NCBI GenBank assembly: GCA_043228905.1
Contig: JBHGNT010000005.1
Span: forward strand, 3,782,001 to 3,846,000
Length of the DNA stretch: 64,000 nucleotides
Direction: 5' to 3'
Source: Azolla caroliniana
Taxonomy: Eukaryota; Plantae; Polypodiophyta
The notes below the pieces were generated by a model. It had not been told where the DNA came from. It searched no databases and saw only the letters and a list, made by a program, of their open reading frames with translations. This document shows positions 1 to 12,777 of this stretch, piece by piece. Position 1 is the stretch's first letter. Each line of letters starts with the position of its first letter. A program made the translations under genes and the position numbers.

Positions 1-9
1 TGCACGCAC

Positions 10-3000
10 GGAGACCAATTAACTGAGAAAATAGTTCGATCATGGTATCCAGAGATTGAGCAGATATGTTTCCTGCAAAACCATGTTAACAACAAGATTC
101 CAAACATGACTTCGTCAGAAATTATCAATCTCGCCAAATTGGTCACAGTTTTTATGTAAATGGTAGCAAATATTTGTTTCCATCCCATCACATTACAAAT
201 ATATAAAAGCAAGCATACATTGTTATCAAATCAAACTAGCACAATGAGACATGGGAAGGGAAGTTAAATAGCAAACAAAATCCTGCTATTATCAAAGAAA
301 ATAAGCACTCTAGTCTTTTGAAAGCAAGAATCCAAAGTTTGGATCTCTAAAGAATGAGTCATTCAATTGAAAGTTGGCATGCAAGTATGCATTAATAGAG
401 AGAGGGAATGGAACGTACAAATGTACATAATAGTAGGCGCACACATATCTAATGACATTTTGGTTGAAGTACCAAGAAAAACTCCATACCATGAAAGCTC
501 GCCTTGTTCAGATTGTTCATTACTAGTATCCCAAATTATCAGAGAACAATCATCACTGCAAAAGCAAACCACACATACAATGTGTTGATTAATGCAGCAA
601 AATACTGCAAATTATGTCTCTACATGATAATGGAGTAGAACTACCCTTAAAGTAACTTCATATTCAACAATAGATGACCTGCATGAAACTAGTCGATTAC
701 CCAAGGAATTGAATGATACTGCCCATACAGTCGATGTATGTCCCCTGACAGAACACATTCCAAAATAGAAAGAAATCAATAATTTCATCAGTTGCAACAT
801 AACAAAGTTAAGTATGAATAATTGCTGTTACAAAGACAGTAAATGATCTGAAAAGTTGACTGAAAAGTCCATAATGGGTACTTTCTTCACAGCCAGCGTA
901 TTCTAAGACATGGTTTAGAGCATGTACTTGCATGATATGACCGAGGCACGATTCATTCTTGGACTTTCATGTTGCCTACTATGAAATGTGTTGTCGTGGT
1001 GGTATTTCTTCCATCTCCTACTGATGAGAAGGTGGACGTTTTTCCAGCCACTTTAGTGTGAATCCATTCTTCATGGTGTACATTGGCAAACAGTTCAAAC
1101 ATGTTATCTAGAAGTGTTTTCCTACTCTATACAATCAAATGTACCATTATGCCTATGTAAACAAGGCATATTCTCCATCTACAAAGAGTGGCATTCGGAA
1201 TCCTCATGGAGTAATGAAAAAAGGATTGCTTTCACATATGTTTTTTGGTCTCAGGAGGTACCATTATAATGATTCTTCTATATGCAGATGATATTGTTCA
1301 ATTGAAATTTGTACCTAGACATAGTAGGGATGTTTAGCACCACAAATGATCTTTTTATGTTATGAAGAAATTAAAGGAACATGTGAAGAAGATTAATAAG
1401 ATTCTACAAATGCCACTCCATTGTGTTGATTGATTTGCAAGTTATTGATATATCATCCATTGCTAACGCATGTAACCAATGACTAGTATGATAAATTCTA
1501 AAAATGCACAATAATATCAAAGATTGTCAACATTAGTACAACAATGCTGTAAATAACCTAAAGAATGATACATACATACATACGTACATATATATATATA
1601 TATAATTTTATTTTTATACCTCCCAGGATCACCAAGTGTCTGAACACAAACCCAATCTTCAGTGTCTTTGTCCTCTGCCCAGACCTGAAACTCATTGCCC
1701 ACACTTCTCTGTAAATTTTTACCTTAAGATTGCAAAAGGCACCTTATTTTCGTAAAATTCAACGATAGGCAAAACATCTAATGCTACAGATATCACATCA
1801 TGCAGCAAGACCTCAAAGGAGGTTTGAAAAAGAGCTATGAAGGTCATTACATTAAGGAGTAGAAGAATGTAATTACTTAGTCAACAATGTATTAAACTGA
1901 AAAAATACAATTATATAGAAGGTCTAATGAGGGTATTTGGCTTTGGCTGACAACTACCTAGTATCAGCATGGTGGGAGACACTTTTATTGAAAGTTTGGT
2001 TTGAATTTCTTGTTCCCGGGATTTTTTTTGTTGGGGACTTCTGGTGTTCAGTTTACCTCTACTACATCTGAAGATCATTGCATCCAGAATTGGTCGTTTC
2101 TATGTAGCTGATGAATCTCATGTACATAATACCATCTCTTAATCAAAGTATTACACTTGACCACATCTCTTTTACTCTTCATCTACAATGCTCCATTTCA
2201 AGATATGTAAGAAAGAGTATTATTTGCACTTCAAGACAGTGAGTCCTGCATTAAAAACTCATGCTGAGCACATTTTACAAAGAATTTATCTCGTTATTTT
2301 GTTTAATCTCCAAACCATGTCCTTTCAATTAATTAACATCAAAACTACGAGCACAAGTTTTGCAATTATTATCAAATGAAGTTTAAGGGGAAAACAGAAA
2401 CCATTTGGATTTATGATTAAAAAAATAGGACACCATGCATCGTTGCAATTGCAGAAAAAGGTTGGGCAGGGATGAAAGAGTGAGGGAAGGTGCTGACAGG
2501 GGGAGAGAGAGAGAGAGAGAGAGTGTGTGTGTGTGTCATGTTAGAACCTTTTAAGAGCTGAGTTCAGCCTATGAGACCAATCAGATGTACAGAATAAGTG
2601 CTTGAAAGAAAACATTAAAATAAAAAAGCAAACGCAAAATGCAAATTAGGAAAAATAACTCGCATGAAGAATATATTAAGAAGTGGCCATACCTCCATCC
2701 AGGGACTCCAATGGTATGGAGGATGCCATAAATGGATTGGAAGCTGATCTATGGGACAAAACCAATTAGATTTTGAATATAAAGTACTTTAGAACAATAA
2801 TCAATATTTATCCTAGTATATTCTGCGTAAGGTGTGAGAAAACAAATTTTTACTTTTTAAATGGGAACTAGTAGATAAACAGTTCATTTGCTAATGCTTT
2901 ACCTCTTCTATCAATTCCCTTTGTTTCTCAATGACATTACTTCAGATTCTGACACTCCTTTTTTCTCACTTTAAGTTGTATGGATGTGACACAGAGGTTC

Positions 3001-6000
3001 AATCTCCTTCTGGCTAATAATCACTTCGATTGCCTCTAAACTTTCACATCAGATACAAAGGTTTCTCTAGATTGATTATTGAGAGGCCCAAATAAATGTG
3101 GTCCACATGCACAACGAATTGCTATTGCCTGATCTATTGTGACCCCTTTCGAATCTTGTGGTCAAGGACCTACTTGTGTAGCCATTGATTGACTTACAGC
3201 ATAGGAGAGACAGGTGATAGTACTAAAGAACGCTATGATGGTCAGGATTTATCCATCAACTTCTCTCTATTTCTTGATTTGTCACAAGAAGTTCTGAGCA
3301 TAGTTGCTCTTTGTATTCCATTCCTTGCAGAGTGCACAAACTGTATTCATTGGATAACAAATCCCAAAGGTACAGTTGATAGACCTGCTTCTCTATAATT
3401 TTGAGAATGCATATTTGCACATCTTAACCTCTGACTAATGTAAAGAGGTACTGAGATCCTATCACACTACAGAGCATGATTAAAAAACCGTGCAATAAGA
3501 GTGCTTAGTTTAAAATCCTCCTTGTAGCAATGGTAGGCCATCTTCCAATAAAGTGGCATTGTGGGCTGATTCACAATCATGTTCAAGCAAGGAAAATCCA
3601 ATCTATACTGAAAAAGGGGTCATGCATTTTCATTTATGCAATGTAATTGAAATCATTCCTATGTACGAACCACAAATACATCTAGATACTTTAAAGTCAT
3701 TTTTCTAGATAAAGATTTATTGCTAATACATGCTCCAACGAAAATGATGGACTTATTGGGAGCGGAAAAGGTGGCACACACAATCCTATACGTACCTAGG
3801 GATAACATGCACCAAGCATTGGCTCTCCTTACTGGAGGCTACATGCCCTTGATTTCCTTGTCACTTGGGGCCTTTGAAAGACACTGCCAGGAACCATGGA
3901 CACAATTAGTATCATTTGATACACCTGTAATACCAATTCTTCTGTAGGGTGGGAACTTTGAGACCAAGCCTTCGTAGGGTACAGAACTGGAAAGATTTGC
4001 AAGGGCCTTTAGTTTTGGTGTTACATGCATGATAAGGAGTAAAGCAATGCATATTGAACGAGGCACTTTTCCGGTCAGTGACTTGTATCCAGCTGAATTT
4101 GGGAGCTCCCAAATCACAAGTACTCAAGATGTACCCATATATTATCAAAACTGCTGGCAGAACAGGGAGGTAAATCATTGTTAGTATGCACTAATGCTGA
4201 GTCAGAAATCAACATCATATCACAGTGCTTATGAAGAATCAGAAATCAACATGTCCCTACAGTATGATTACCTCCAACAGGCATACCTTTCAAGTTACAC
4301 AATGTTCAAGGAAAATGGCATGGAGATTTTCAAAGCCACTTTTCTCAGACAAAAAGAGAGATTAAAAGAACAAAGGAATGCAATGGCATACCCTTCTTCA
4401 GTAACCTCATCACTGAGGTACCCAGTTAGACAAAAAACCAGGTACTGAGTTTGTTGAGTGCATTCTAAGATACTTATTCACAGTTTATCTCGATCTCTTA
4501 AGAATGGATTACAAATGCCTTCCACTTCACCTTTCCAAGTATAAAAGGTTGCAGTCAGTTTCACGAACATTATATCTATATAATTGAAATTCCAGCTATA
4601 CAGTTGGCTTAAAAATAAAATGGCATACATTCTAGGAGGGATTACAGTGATAGAAAAAGTGGGATTACATCCAAAATGATAGAAAAGGTTGCTAGAAATG
4701 TACTATACAGTGGCATTTTCCAAGCTAGAAAAGCATTTGATACTTTTTGACAAATCACCCTCGATCCCAAGCTTTCTATCATTTGTGAAACATGACTTTA
4801 AAACATTTATTTACATTTGCATCCATCTTGCAACAGTCAAGGTAACATCAACCCTGTCACCTTAAGTAGTCAATCCTTAGTGTTGAACCATCACCCGCAG
4901 TGGTTTGGCAGACGTTATTGTTCAGGCAATGATACAAAAGAAACATGATTTTCACATGTTCCATTTCTGAAGTTTGCTGATTATTTTGGGAGCTCATTAG
5001 CACCAAAAACAATTTTGCCAATACTAAACAGATAAGAACCTAACGAATTTGATGTTTTGTTTCACACAAAAGTTTTCATTAAACACGAACACATTACAGG
5101 ATGAGGTAGGGTTAAAAAATGAAACCTTTATAGAATTATCATAGCTTGCAGAGACCAAAATATCTTCAAAGGGATGCCATAAAACCATCTTCACGTCCTG
5201 GGAATGACCATGTAGTACAGATGCACACTCAAACTCATTCCCAGGTTGTAGCTCCCATATCCATACAGATTTATCTCGTCCACATGTGGCTAATAAAGTT
5301 CCAGAGGAGTTCCAGGCAACACTTTTGACTTCGTTTTCATGACCCTTTCAGGTAAGAAAGATGAGATAAACCACCCAAAAAAACTTTTTTGTTAGTTAAA
5401 CTATCCTACATTGATCAACTCAAAAATGATAGCAAGAAATAGATGTAAAATTACTTTCATCTCCAACCTCTTTGCATAATATCCCACATATTCTGCAGTA
5501 GCCTCAGATTAGAGGGATTGAATCCCTTACTGTAGATAGATTTGTAGATAGATAACAAGTTCTCATGGGATAGGCCTACAGAAAGATTATATTACTTGCG
5601 TAAATACGCACTATAGAATGCAATGCATTCTTACTATTATCTAGTTGCCTACTTAATCTTGATTAGCATATTAATTAGTTACTCTTAATATGAATGATAA
5701 GTTGTATCATTTTTACTTATCTATAAGAAAATTAGTGCTATGGTGCTTAAAAGGAGGTAATTCTTACAAGGTCTAATATTTACCTCGAGTGAGGCAACAC
5801 ATTCAAATTCTCCTCCAATATTTTCCCAAACTGTGGTAGTGCCATCAAAACTAGCACAGGCAAGCAATCTGCCATCAGGTGACCATGCACAAGACCTAAC
5901 TGTCCGTTTATGCATCTCCTCTAGAACAGCCTAAGAACAAAAGCAATCATAACCAAAATAGACCATTCAATAAAGTAGTTTTTTTGGACATAGGAAAAAC

Positions 6001-7190
6001 AACAAGAAGTAACTCTATGTAAGATTATACCTATCAGAATAAATAAATCTGTATATAGGAACAGAGCCCCTCAAAGAAACAAGAAAATAATCTCTATATA
6101 ATAGTATATAACCCATAAAAAATACAAGAACAAACTACAAATGAGATATAACTAAAATAGACAAAGAAAACCCTGCCGATAGTAACAAAATGCATCAATA
6201 AATACATAAGAACACAATACCATCAAGAAAGAAACAAGAGAATTTTCTATAAGATAAGAACAAAAAAAACATCAAACCAAGAAATAAAAATGCCTCTGGA
6301 GAAAACAAAAAGAAAGTGCCGAGCGTTAGTAGAATAGCACACACTACATAAAAAAACAAGAAATGGCCCAATCAAAAAGAAAATAAAAGAAAATCCCTAT
6401 TTAAAAAAATCATAATAAAAAACTAAACACAAATTTCTAAACAAAAGAGAAAATCAGATTTTTTTAGCAGAGCACACCTCAGGAGACCATAGAAAAGAAC
6501 AAGAAAGCATCAATCAAATAGAACACGTGAGAAAAAATCTCAATAAGAAAATAATCAATAAAAAATACAAGGAAAAACAATATTCACATAAAATCAAAAA
6601 CCCATAAAAAAGCAAAAAATCAAGGAAGCAAGAATTTAAACAAAAGAATGAATTTTAGCGTTTGGTAGAGCATACCACACAAGACCTTACAAAGAAATAA
6701 CAAAAAAAAACTAGGTAAGAGCACAGGCCATCAAAAGAATTTCTCAATAAAGAAACAAAAAAAGTCTGAACACAAAACCCATCAAAGGAAGTTCTATATA
6801 GGCACAATTATAAAAATAAAAATAAAAACTTCAGTAGACCACACCACCCAAGCCCATACAAACGAACAAGAAAATGTCTAGGTACGAACACAAGTAGAAA
6901 AAAACCTGGACAATAGCCCACCAAATAATAGCAAATAGTAATAGCTAAACAAATAATAATAGTTATGAATTAAATGTAGTAGAGCGTACCACGCAAGACC
7001 ATGATGGTGAGGTAGGATGAGTGGAAGGTCCATGCTGCCACACTCTGATGGTTTTGTCTCCACCACATGAAGCAAGCATAGCGGGTTTCCCTGCCAGGCC
7101 ACTGTTAGGGTTCCAAGCAACGCTCCAGACACGGTCGGTGTGGCCATGTAGATCTTGAATCAAACTCATACTATGAATCTCGTCTTCCAT
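10..7190 (-). CDS. CIA1: Cytosolic iron-sulfur assembly WD40 protein CIA1/CIAO1 (3' end lies beyond the left edge)
   Basis: Phase-consistent GT-AG exons 7190-6990, 5930-5784, 5344-5126, 1684-1620, 744-679, 555-490, 72-10. They encode [105 protein letters not shown], characteristic CIA1 WD40 repeats. Confidence 0.93.
3150..4500 (-). mobile_element. Possible highly degenerate DNA-transposon (hAT-like) remnant in CIA1 intron 3
   Basis: Only a frameshifted GLPLLQ/RILN-like patch near 3500-3560 resembles the hAT C-terminal dimerisation region. No TIR or TSD found; boundaries are approximate. Confidence 0.2.
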
Positions 7191-7768
7191 TTCCTTCCTA
7201 CTTCTCTTTCTTTGGCTGTTGTTTTTGATCGCTATGAATTTAAGTTCAAAACAAAAGTCAAGGAAGCAAGCCAATAGTATGTAATTATTGGATACATCAT
7301 CTTCTTCTTCTTCCTCTAAGAATTGTCTTACCATCATATTCTACCTTTAGCTCCACTTAGCTATGTTCCGAGACGAGTTCCAATGGAACAAAATGATGGA
7401 CGGCTTCTTCTTCTTCTTCTTCACACGATGTGAATGTATACATATATCACCTCGCCCAATGGGAAACGCTCGGAAACACCCCTTGTTACGTGCATAACCA
7501 TAATTGATCATGAGATAGCTATTCTTTAGTTTTTGATTGATCTTATGATGAGTATGTACGGCCTTCATTACGAACGGAGCAAGGGTATCAGATGAATATT
7601 ACAATTCTACGGTGCTAAATAAATTGTTGATTGCGTTATCATTTGACCACTTCGTATGAAGCAATCATGTGTGAACATGTCAGGGCCTAGGGTTTTTGCC
7701 TATATAAGAAGACTAGCTACCTTCTCGTCAACGAGAAGCTTGACCTATATTGGGACTTCTTTTCTTTT

Positions 7769-9545
7769 CTTTTTTCCAAAAAAAAACTCCTTCCATTAGT
7801 TATAAAATTGTACATATGAGATTAGTATATACAAATCCCTGTAGGGACACGATAGGTCCATCTTATGTGGATGCCCACCAACTCAATAAAGGGGGAGGAC
7901 GACCATTGTTGGATGAAGGCTAGTCTAGTCATTGTCTTTTAACTCCATCGGAGTCACCCTTGAGGCCATCATAGTGGCTCTTTAGAGTGGCTACCACTTC
8001 ACTCCATATCTCTTGCATTAACACTATTGGCTACACGATTTGGTTGGAGAAGACCCGTCTACACCGTTGTTTCCATAGAATCCAAAGAGTTATTGGGCTG
8101 ACCAATTCCAACACAACTTGAGATTTGGCATTGATAGGAGTTGAGTGGACATTGTCGATGGTGGAGAAAAAAACCTTTTGTGCTTTTATAACCAAAGTCA
8201 TCCCCTCTTCCTAATTCTCATATCTGTCAACTGGGGCCTGTCGTGATAGCCAACATACATTCCCCCGCTTGATTGAGCCTTGCACCTGGCATAATTGCAA
8301 TAAGCGGCCAACCCCCCGCCATATTCAATGGGACTATGGGCAATCCCATAGAGTCTGTTGTATTGATTCTATTATAGTTGGATACGCTACACAATTAGGA
8401 GAGTTGAGGTTCCCACACTGCCATGCACCAACCAGTAGTGAATTATGTATTAACAGCGATTGGAAAGTGGTGATTCGCCTCGCGTGTTGTTGTTTCCAGA
8501 GTTTCTGCCAAAACTTGGTGATAATTGTGTTAAGAACATGATATGTTTTCCAAACCTTTGCAGCAACTGAATATTGAGCGGCTATAATATGGCGACCCAA
8601 TGTAGTTGTGAATTGAAAGAAAGGGATAGGTTTGCTTCCTTGCCCCACATAAGGATCACACCATGTTCATTGTAAAGGGTCCCAACTAACCTTACGTAGC
8701 CATGTGTTTTCATGAGTACATATGTGTCAATCTGGTTGTACTTTGATCATATCAGGATCCATGTTCATTGTAAAGGGTCCTAACTAACCTTACGTAGCCA
8801 TGTGTTTTCATGAGTACATATGTGTCAATCTGGTTGTACTTTGATCAGATCAGGATCTACAATCCATTTATGCCCAGTATATGCTAGTACTCGAATTGCC
8901 TTATGCGTTGTGTTGATGCCTCATTGTCCTGCAACTTAGAGCCTTCGATCCTGTCCGATGTGTCCCTACCTCTTGGGAGCAAAGAGCCTTCCTCCTTGTA
9001 GCCTATCCATTTCTCCGTTGTCGTCCTTTGATGAGCAGCTTCCCTAATCAGTAGAGCGTTAATGATTTCAGATCTCATAGCCCATCCGCCCCTAATTCCA
9101 TGGAGGATGTTGGCATGGTCTTGCATTGGCAATGACATAAACCGTCTCCAACATTCTATACTTTTCCCTAGACCGTCCGACATGTATCCCCATGACAACC
9201 CCTTACTTGATCCAATTAGTTGATTAGATTCATCCCTAATACATGGGTTCCAAAGGATACGTTGACTGAGCCAGGCAGGTTCAGAATTGGGTTGATCGCA
9301 CTTGAGTCCTCATCTAATGTCACACCACGCCTTCCACATGGATGCACTAAATCTATCCTCCAGTTGGCGGGAGAAACTAGGTTTGAGATCCATGTTTAGA
9401 ATCCATCCAGTTTGGGGGGCCCAATTGCTCCCTTTTCGTGTCCTAAAGTAAGTGAAGCGTAACTGCAATAACATTTTCCAGCAGTAATTCCCTGGTTGGA
9501 GTCCTCGCACCACAATTTTTGGTTGTGACTCTTGATAGTTACACA
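7769..9545 (-). mobile_element. 5'-truncated degenerate L1-type LINE (ORF2 C-terminal half plus 3' UTR)
   Basis: Broken ORFs (FFQFTTTLGR..KFWQKLW..ESIQQTLWDCP; LQPGNYCWK..WAPQTGW..EDRFSASMWKAWCDI) align by eye with ORF2 of the intact LINE at 42370-46710. The 3' end CTAATGGAAGGAG-T9-GG-A-run lies at ~7769-7800. Confidence 0.8.
8661..8856. repeat. 98-bp tandem duplication inside the LINE fragment
   Basis: Near-identical units 8661-8758 and 8759-8856 (ccatgttcattgtaaagggtcc...atcaggat). Confidence 0.9.
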
Positions 9546-9549
9546 CGTG

Positions 9550-11060
9550 TCATCCTTGCAAAACCCAAGGTACAACCCGCATCAACACTCGACGGTATGA
9601 GACATTGAAGAGATTTGGGTCCATTTTGCACCGTCTCTTATGGGTGGTTGGGTGGGTCAAGAGTTTCAAATCCCTCATTCCTATTTCGCTCACTAATTAG
9701 TTGGAATCTAACACATGTCCTCTCTTAGAGTTGCCATATTGCCTAGGGTATATGTGCAGTTGGATGGTTTGCATTACCATCATTTTTGTTTTATCTACAT
9801 TTATAGTTAGTCCACGACTTTGGCAAAATGTTTTAATGCTCGAAGTAAACATTGCATACCATCACTATCATATGAAAAGATAACCACGTCATCCGCTTTA
9901 AAAGCAATAAGCAAACTTGTTGCATAAGTTTTGGGGCATCTAATCCTTCTTCTCTTACAACCCTGTTCACAACTTCTTCCAATTTATCAATTCATAAACC
10001 AAAGAGTGTAGGTGATAGTGAGCATCCTTGCTTAACCCCCATGTTACTTAAAAAAGTATTATGAGAAATCATTCTCAAATTTTAGTTGCCATCTAACTTG
10101 CTCGTATAATCGTGCAATAACAACTCGATACTCTAATGGCATGCTAATCTCCACCATTCTATACCAAAGCTTAGTTCGTGGGACAATAAAGTGTCATTCC
10201 TTGTAGTCAACTTTCTTCCATAATTACTCTTAACGTAACCAGATGATCCCCTGTGTGGATTGTTTTGGTCTAAAACCTACTTGCCCAAATGTTTTTTCAT
10301 TTTTACTTTTGGCCCATTCGCTTACTTTTTGCTCCTTGATGGTGCTATAAAATTCAACAATAGTTGACCTCACCATGATTGTGTGATAATTTGATACTTG
10401 ATTCCTATCTCGTGCTTAAAAAATCAGCTTAATCCAATTCATGCATCAATCACTTGGCAAGTTTTGTTTAATATCTTTATATATGATAGTCATGATCCAA
10501 TGATGAGTACTTAGCATTGTCCATTTCCATAGCTGAATTGTAATGACAGTTACATCACTTGCTTTCCCATTAGCCATTTTTTTGTTTCATTATTGACATC
10601 TTCAATATCAATGCATGTACTACAAGGTGTTTCGATGTTCTCAACCATAGAAGCCACTCATTCGTGCACATGTAGGTTTTGTACAAATTCTGCTCTTCCT
10701 TTGTGATTTCATCTTTGATATCTTCTTTCTTACCATTTAGTTCTCTCGATGCTATGGTTGGTTGGAGATTAAACAACCTTCTTTTCCATACACTTGCTCA
10801 TATATTGTATGTAACTGATGAAAATGGATGAGTTAACCACATAATTGCCCGAACAACACATACAAGAGAGAGGAGAGAGATGTGATTAAATTGAGCATGT
10901 AGTTGTTGAAATAACACATGTAATTAAGAATATGTGATGATTTGACTATATGATTGCCCAAATGGAATGCACGATTGCTCCATGGGGAGTTGATCAAGGG
11001 AAAATATAGAAACAATGAAAATCTATGCATGTTGGGGAAAACAAAGGAAGACTCAGAAAG
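9550..11060 (-). mobile_element. Degenerate non-LTR retrotransposon reverse-transcriptase fragment (different family)
   Basis: Minus strand ~10150-10300 reads GQVGFRPKQST/DHLVTLRVIMEES*LQG..VPRTKLW (RT motifs), with stops and frameshifts. Boundaries are approximate. Confidence 0.7.
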
Positions 11061-12777
11061 CATTTGGAAGTGGGGATATACTTAGAAAAAAGTATGGTTT
11101 TAAGATGTCAATAACATTAAAGGCTATAGTCATAACAACGAGAAAATGTATACAATGTATGACAGTGACGAGTCTTATAGTTTAGCTCACACTCAAAACT
11201 ACTCGACCAAGTGATTATCATAGAAAATCAAGGTATGCCGTTGGTGTGTATGTGCATGAATTATTCATACATTTTTAGAGCATGTTTGCATGTAATAATG
11301 TTTTTCACCTTGCCCCCAATTCCACAACCAATGAGCATCTACCAAATCACGCATATTGAGACGTATACATGTTATCCCTCTCTATATTCACGAGATATTT
11401 TGAATGACTAATGTTTTGTCACAACACCCACCCCAACACCCTACTTTGATCTACTTGATTTGATGATACACGTTATATGAGGTACGTGTAATTGATCAAT
11501 CCACATCCAAAGACTTGCTCTCTATGAACAATATGTGCATTTAGTTTTTTTGAAAGTGCGGTGATTCTCCAATAGTCCTATAGTTTCATGCGAACTAAAA
11601 TTGATACATTTTTCATCTCCATTTCTTTTCCCTATATACCGGTGTCATAGATTGACACATACATGATATTCATGATGTTCGCCATGCGTAATATTCGTAA
11701 TATTCAAGAATACAAAATGGCCCCAAGAATATTATAAAACCATTCATCTTAAATTTACACAAAAAAAAAGATTTGATTCACTAAAAATATAATTACTTCA
11801 TTATTAACTAATTAATCAAATAAGCATTAATTAATTCAATAATCATTAATTAAATAGCTAAAGCATTAAATAACTCACTAATAATTAATTAATTAGGGTT
11901 TCGGCTAAAAGTAGGGTTTTATTAGAAAAACTGGCATTGAATAAAATGTAGGTGTTACGCAGAGAATGCAAAGGGATGCGAGGATACATGTCGAGAAGAA
12001 GAAATATGGTTGAAATTAGGCTTTTCAGCCAAAACCCTAATTTGTAGGCCGAGAATAGGATGCAGGGGGAGGTGAGGGTGTAATCATGCACAATGGTTGT
12101 TCCCCTCTTAGTTGTAGGTAAGTTAAAAAATATTTGCTTTATTTAAAAAATAAAAAAAAAGCAAACGAATACTTGTAGATGCATTCGTATTCGTAATTAT
12201 TTGCATTTGTGGGGGAGGCCCCAGGAATGCGAATATGTCAATCTATGGCTAGTGCATAAATGGGGGACTTCCAACCTAAACATTGGGTCCACGAGCATTG
12301 GAACACATTTGTTGCAACATTGAGCTGTAATACTTTGCCATGTACTAAGCAAAGGGTATCGAACAACAAAACATGACATTGGGAATGGCAAGCAAGCAAG
12401 CACATGCATCGAGATACCGACAAAATTCGGATTTCCATACAATTCAGCAGCGAAGAAAGAAAAAAGGCATGCATTTAGGCCTATTGAATCGATGGACTAT
12501 GTAATAACACATATATACATATGCATATCGAAATGTGCGCGGACAATTGGAATGGAGGAGAGCCCAATTAGAATGATGGGATTACCAACATAATAAACAT
12601 TGGATGGGAGGTATGTATGTATGTAATAATAATGTATATATATGATGGAGCGAATGGAAGAACAAAAACAAAGAGAAAAAGGAGATCTTCTTTCACCGCC
12701 CATTTGGAACCCCCCCCCAAGCTGTCTCTGCTCGCACAGACACAGACACAGACACAGACACAGACAGAGATCCAGCC

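Noticed and set aside
7191-7337. 49-aa N-terminal extension of CIA1 from an upstream in-frame ATG
   Set aside because: Low-complexity GAA-rich sequence without CIA1 similarity; more likely 5' UTR, though not excluded.
11680-12300. GAATA/TATTC-rich segment with telo-box-like AAACCCTA motifs, possible MITE or promoter
   Set aside because: Could not define TIRs or a TSD; the motifs are short and uninformative.
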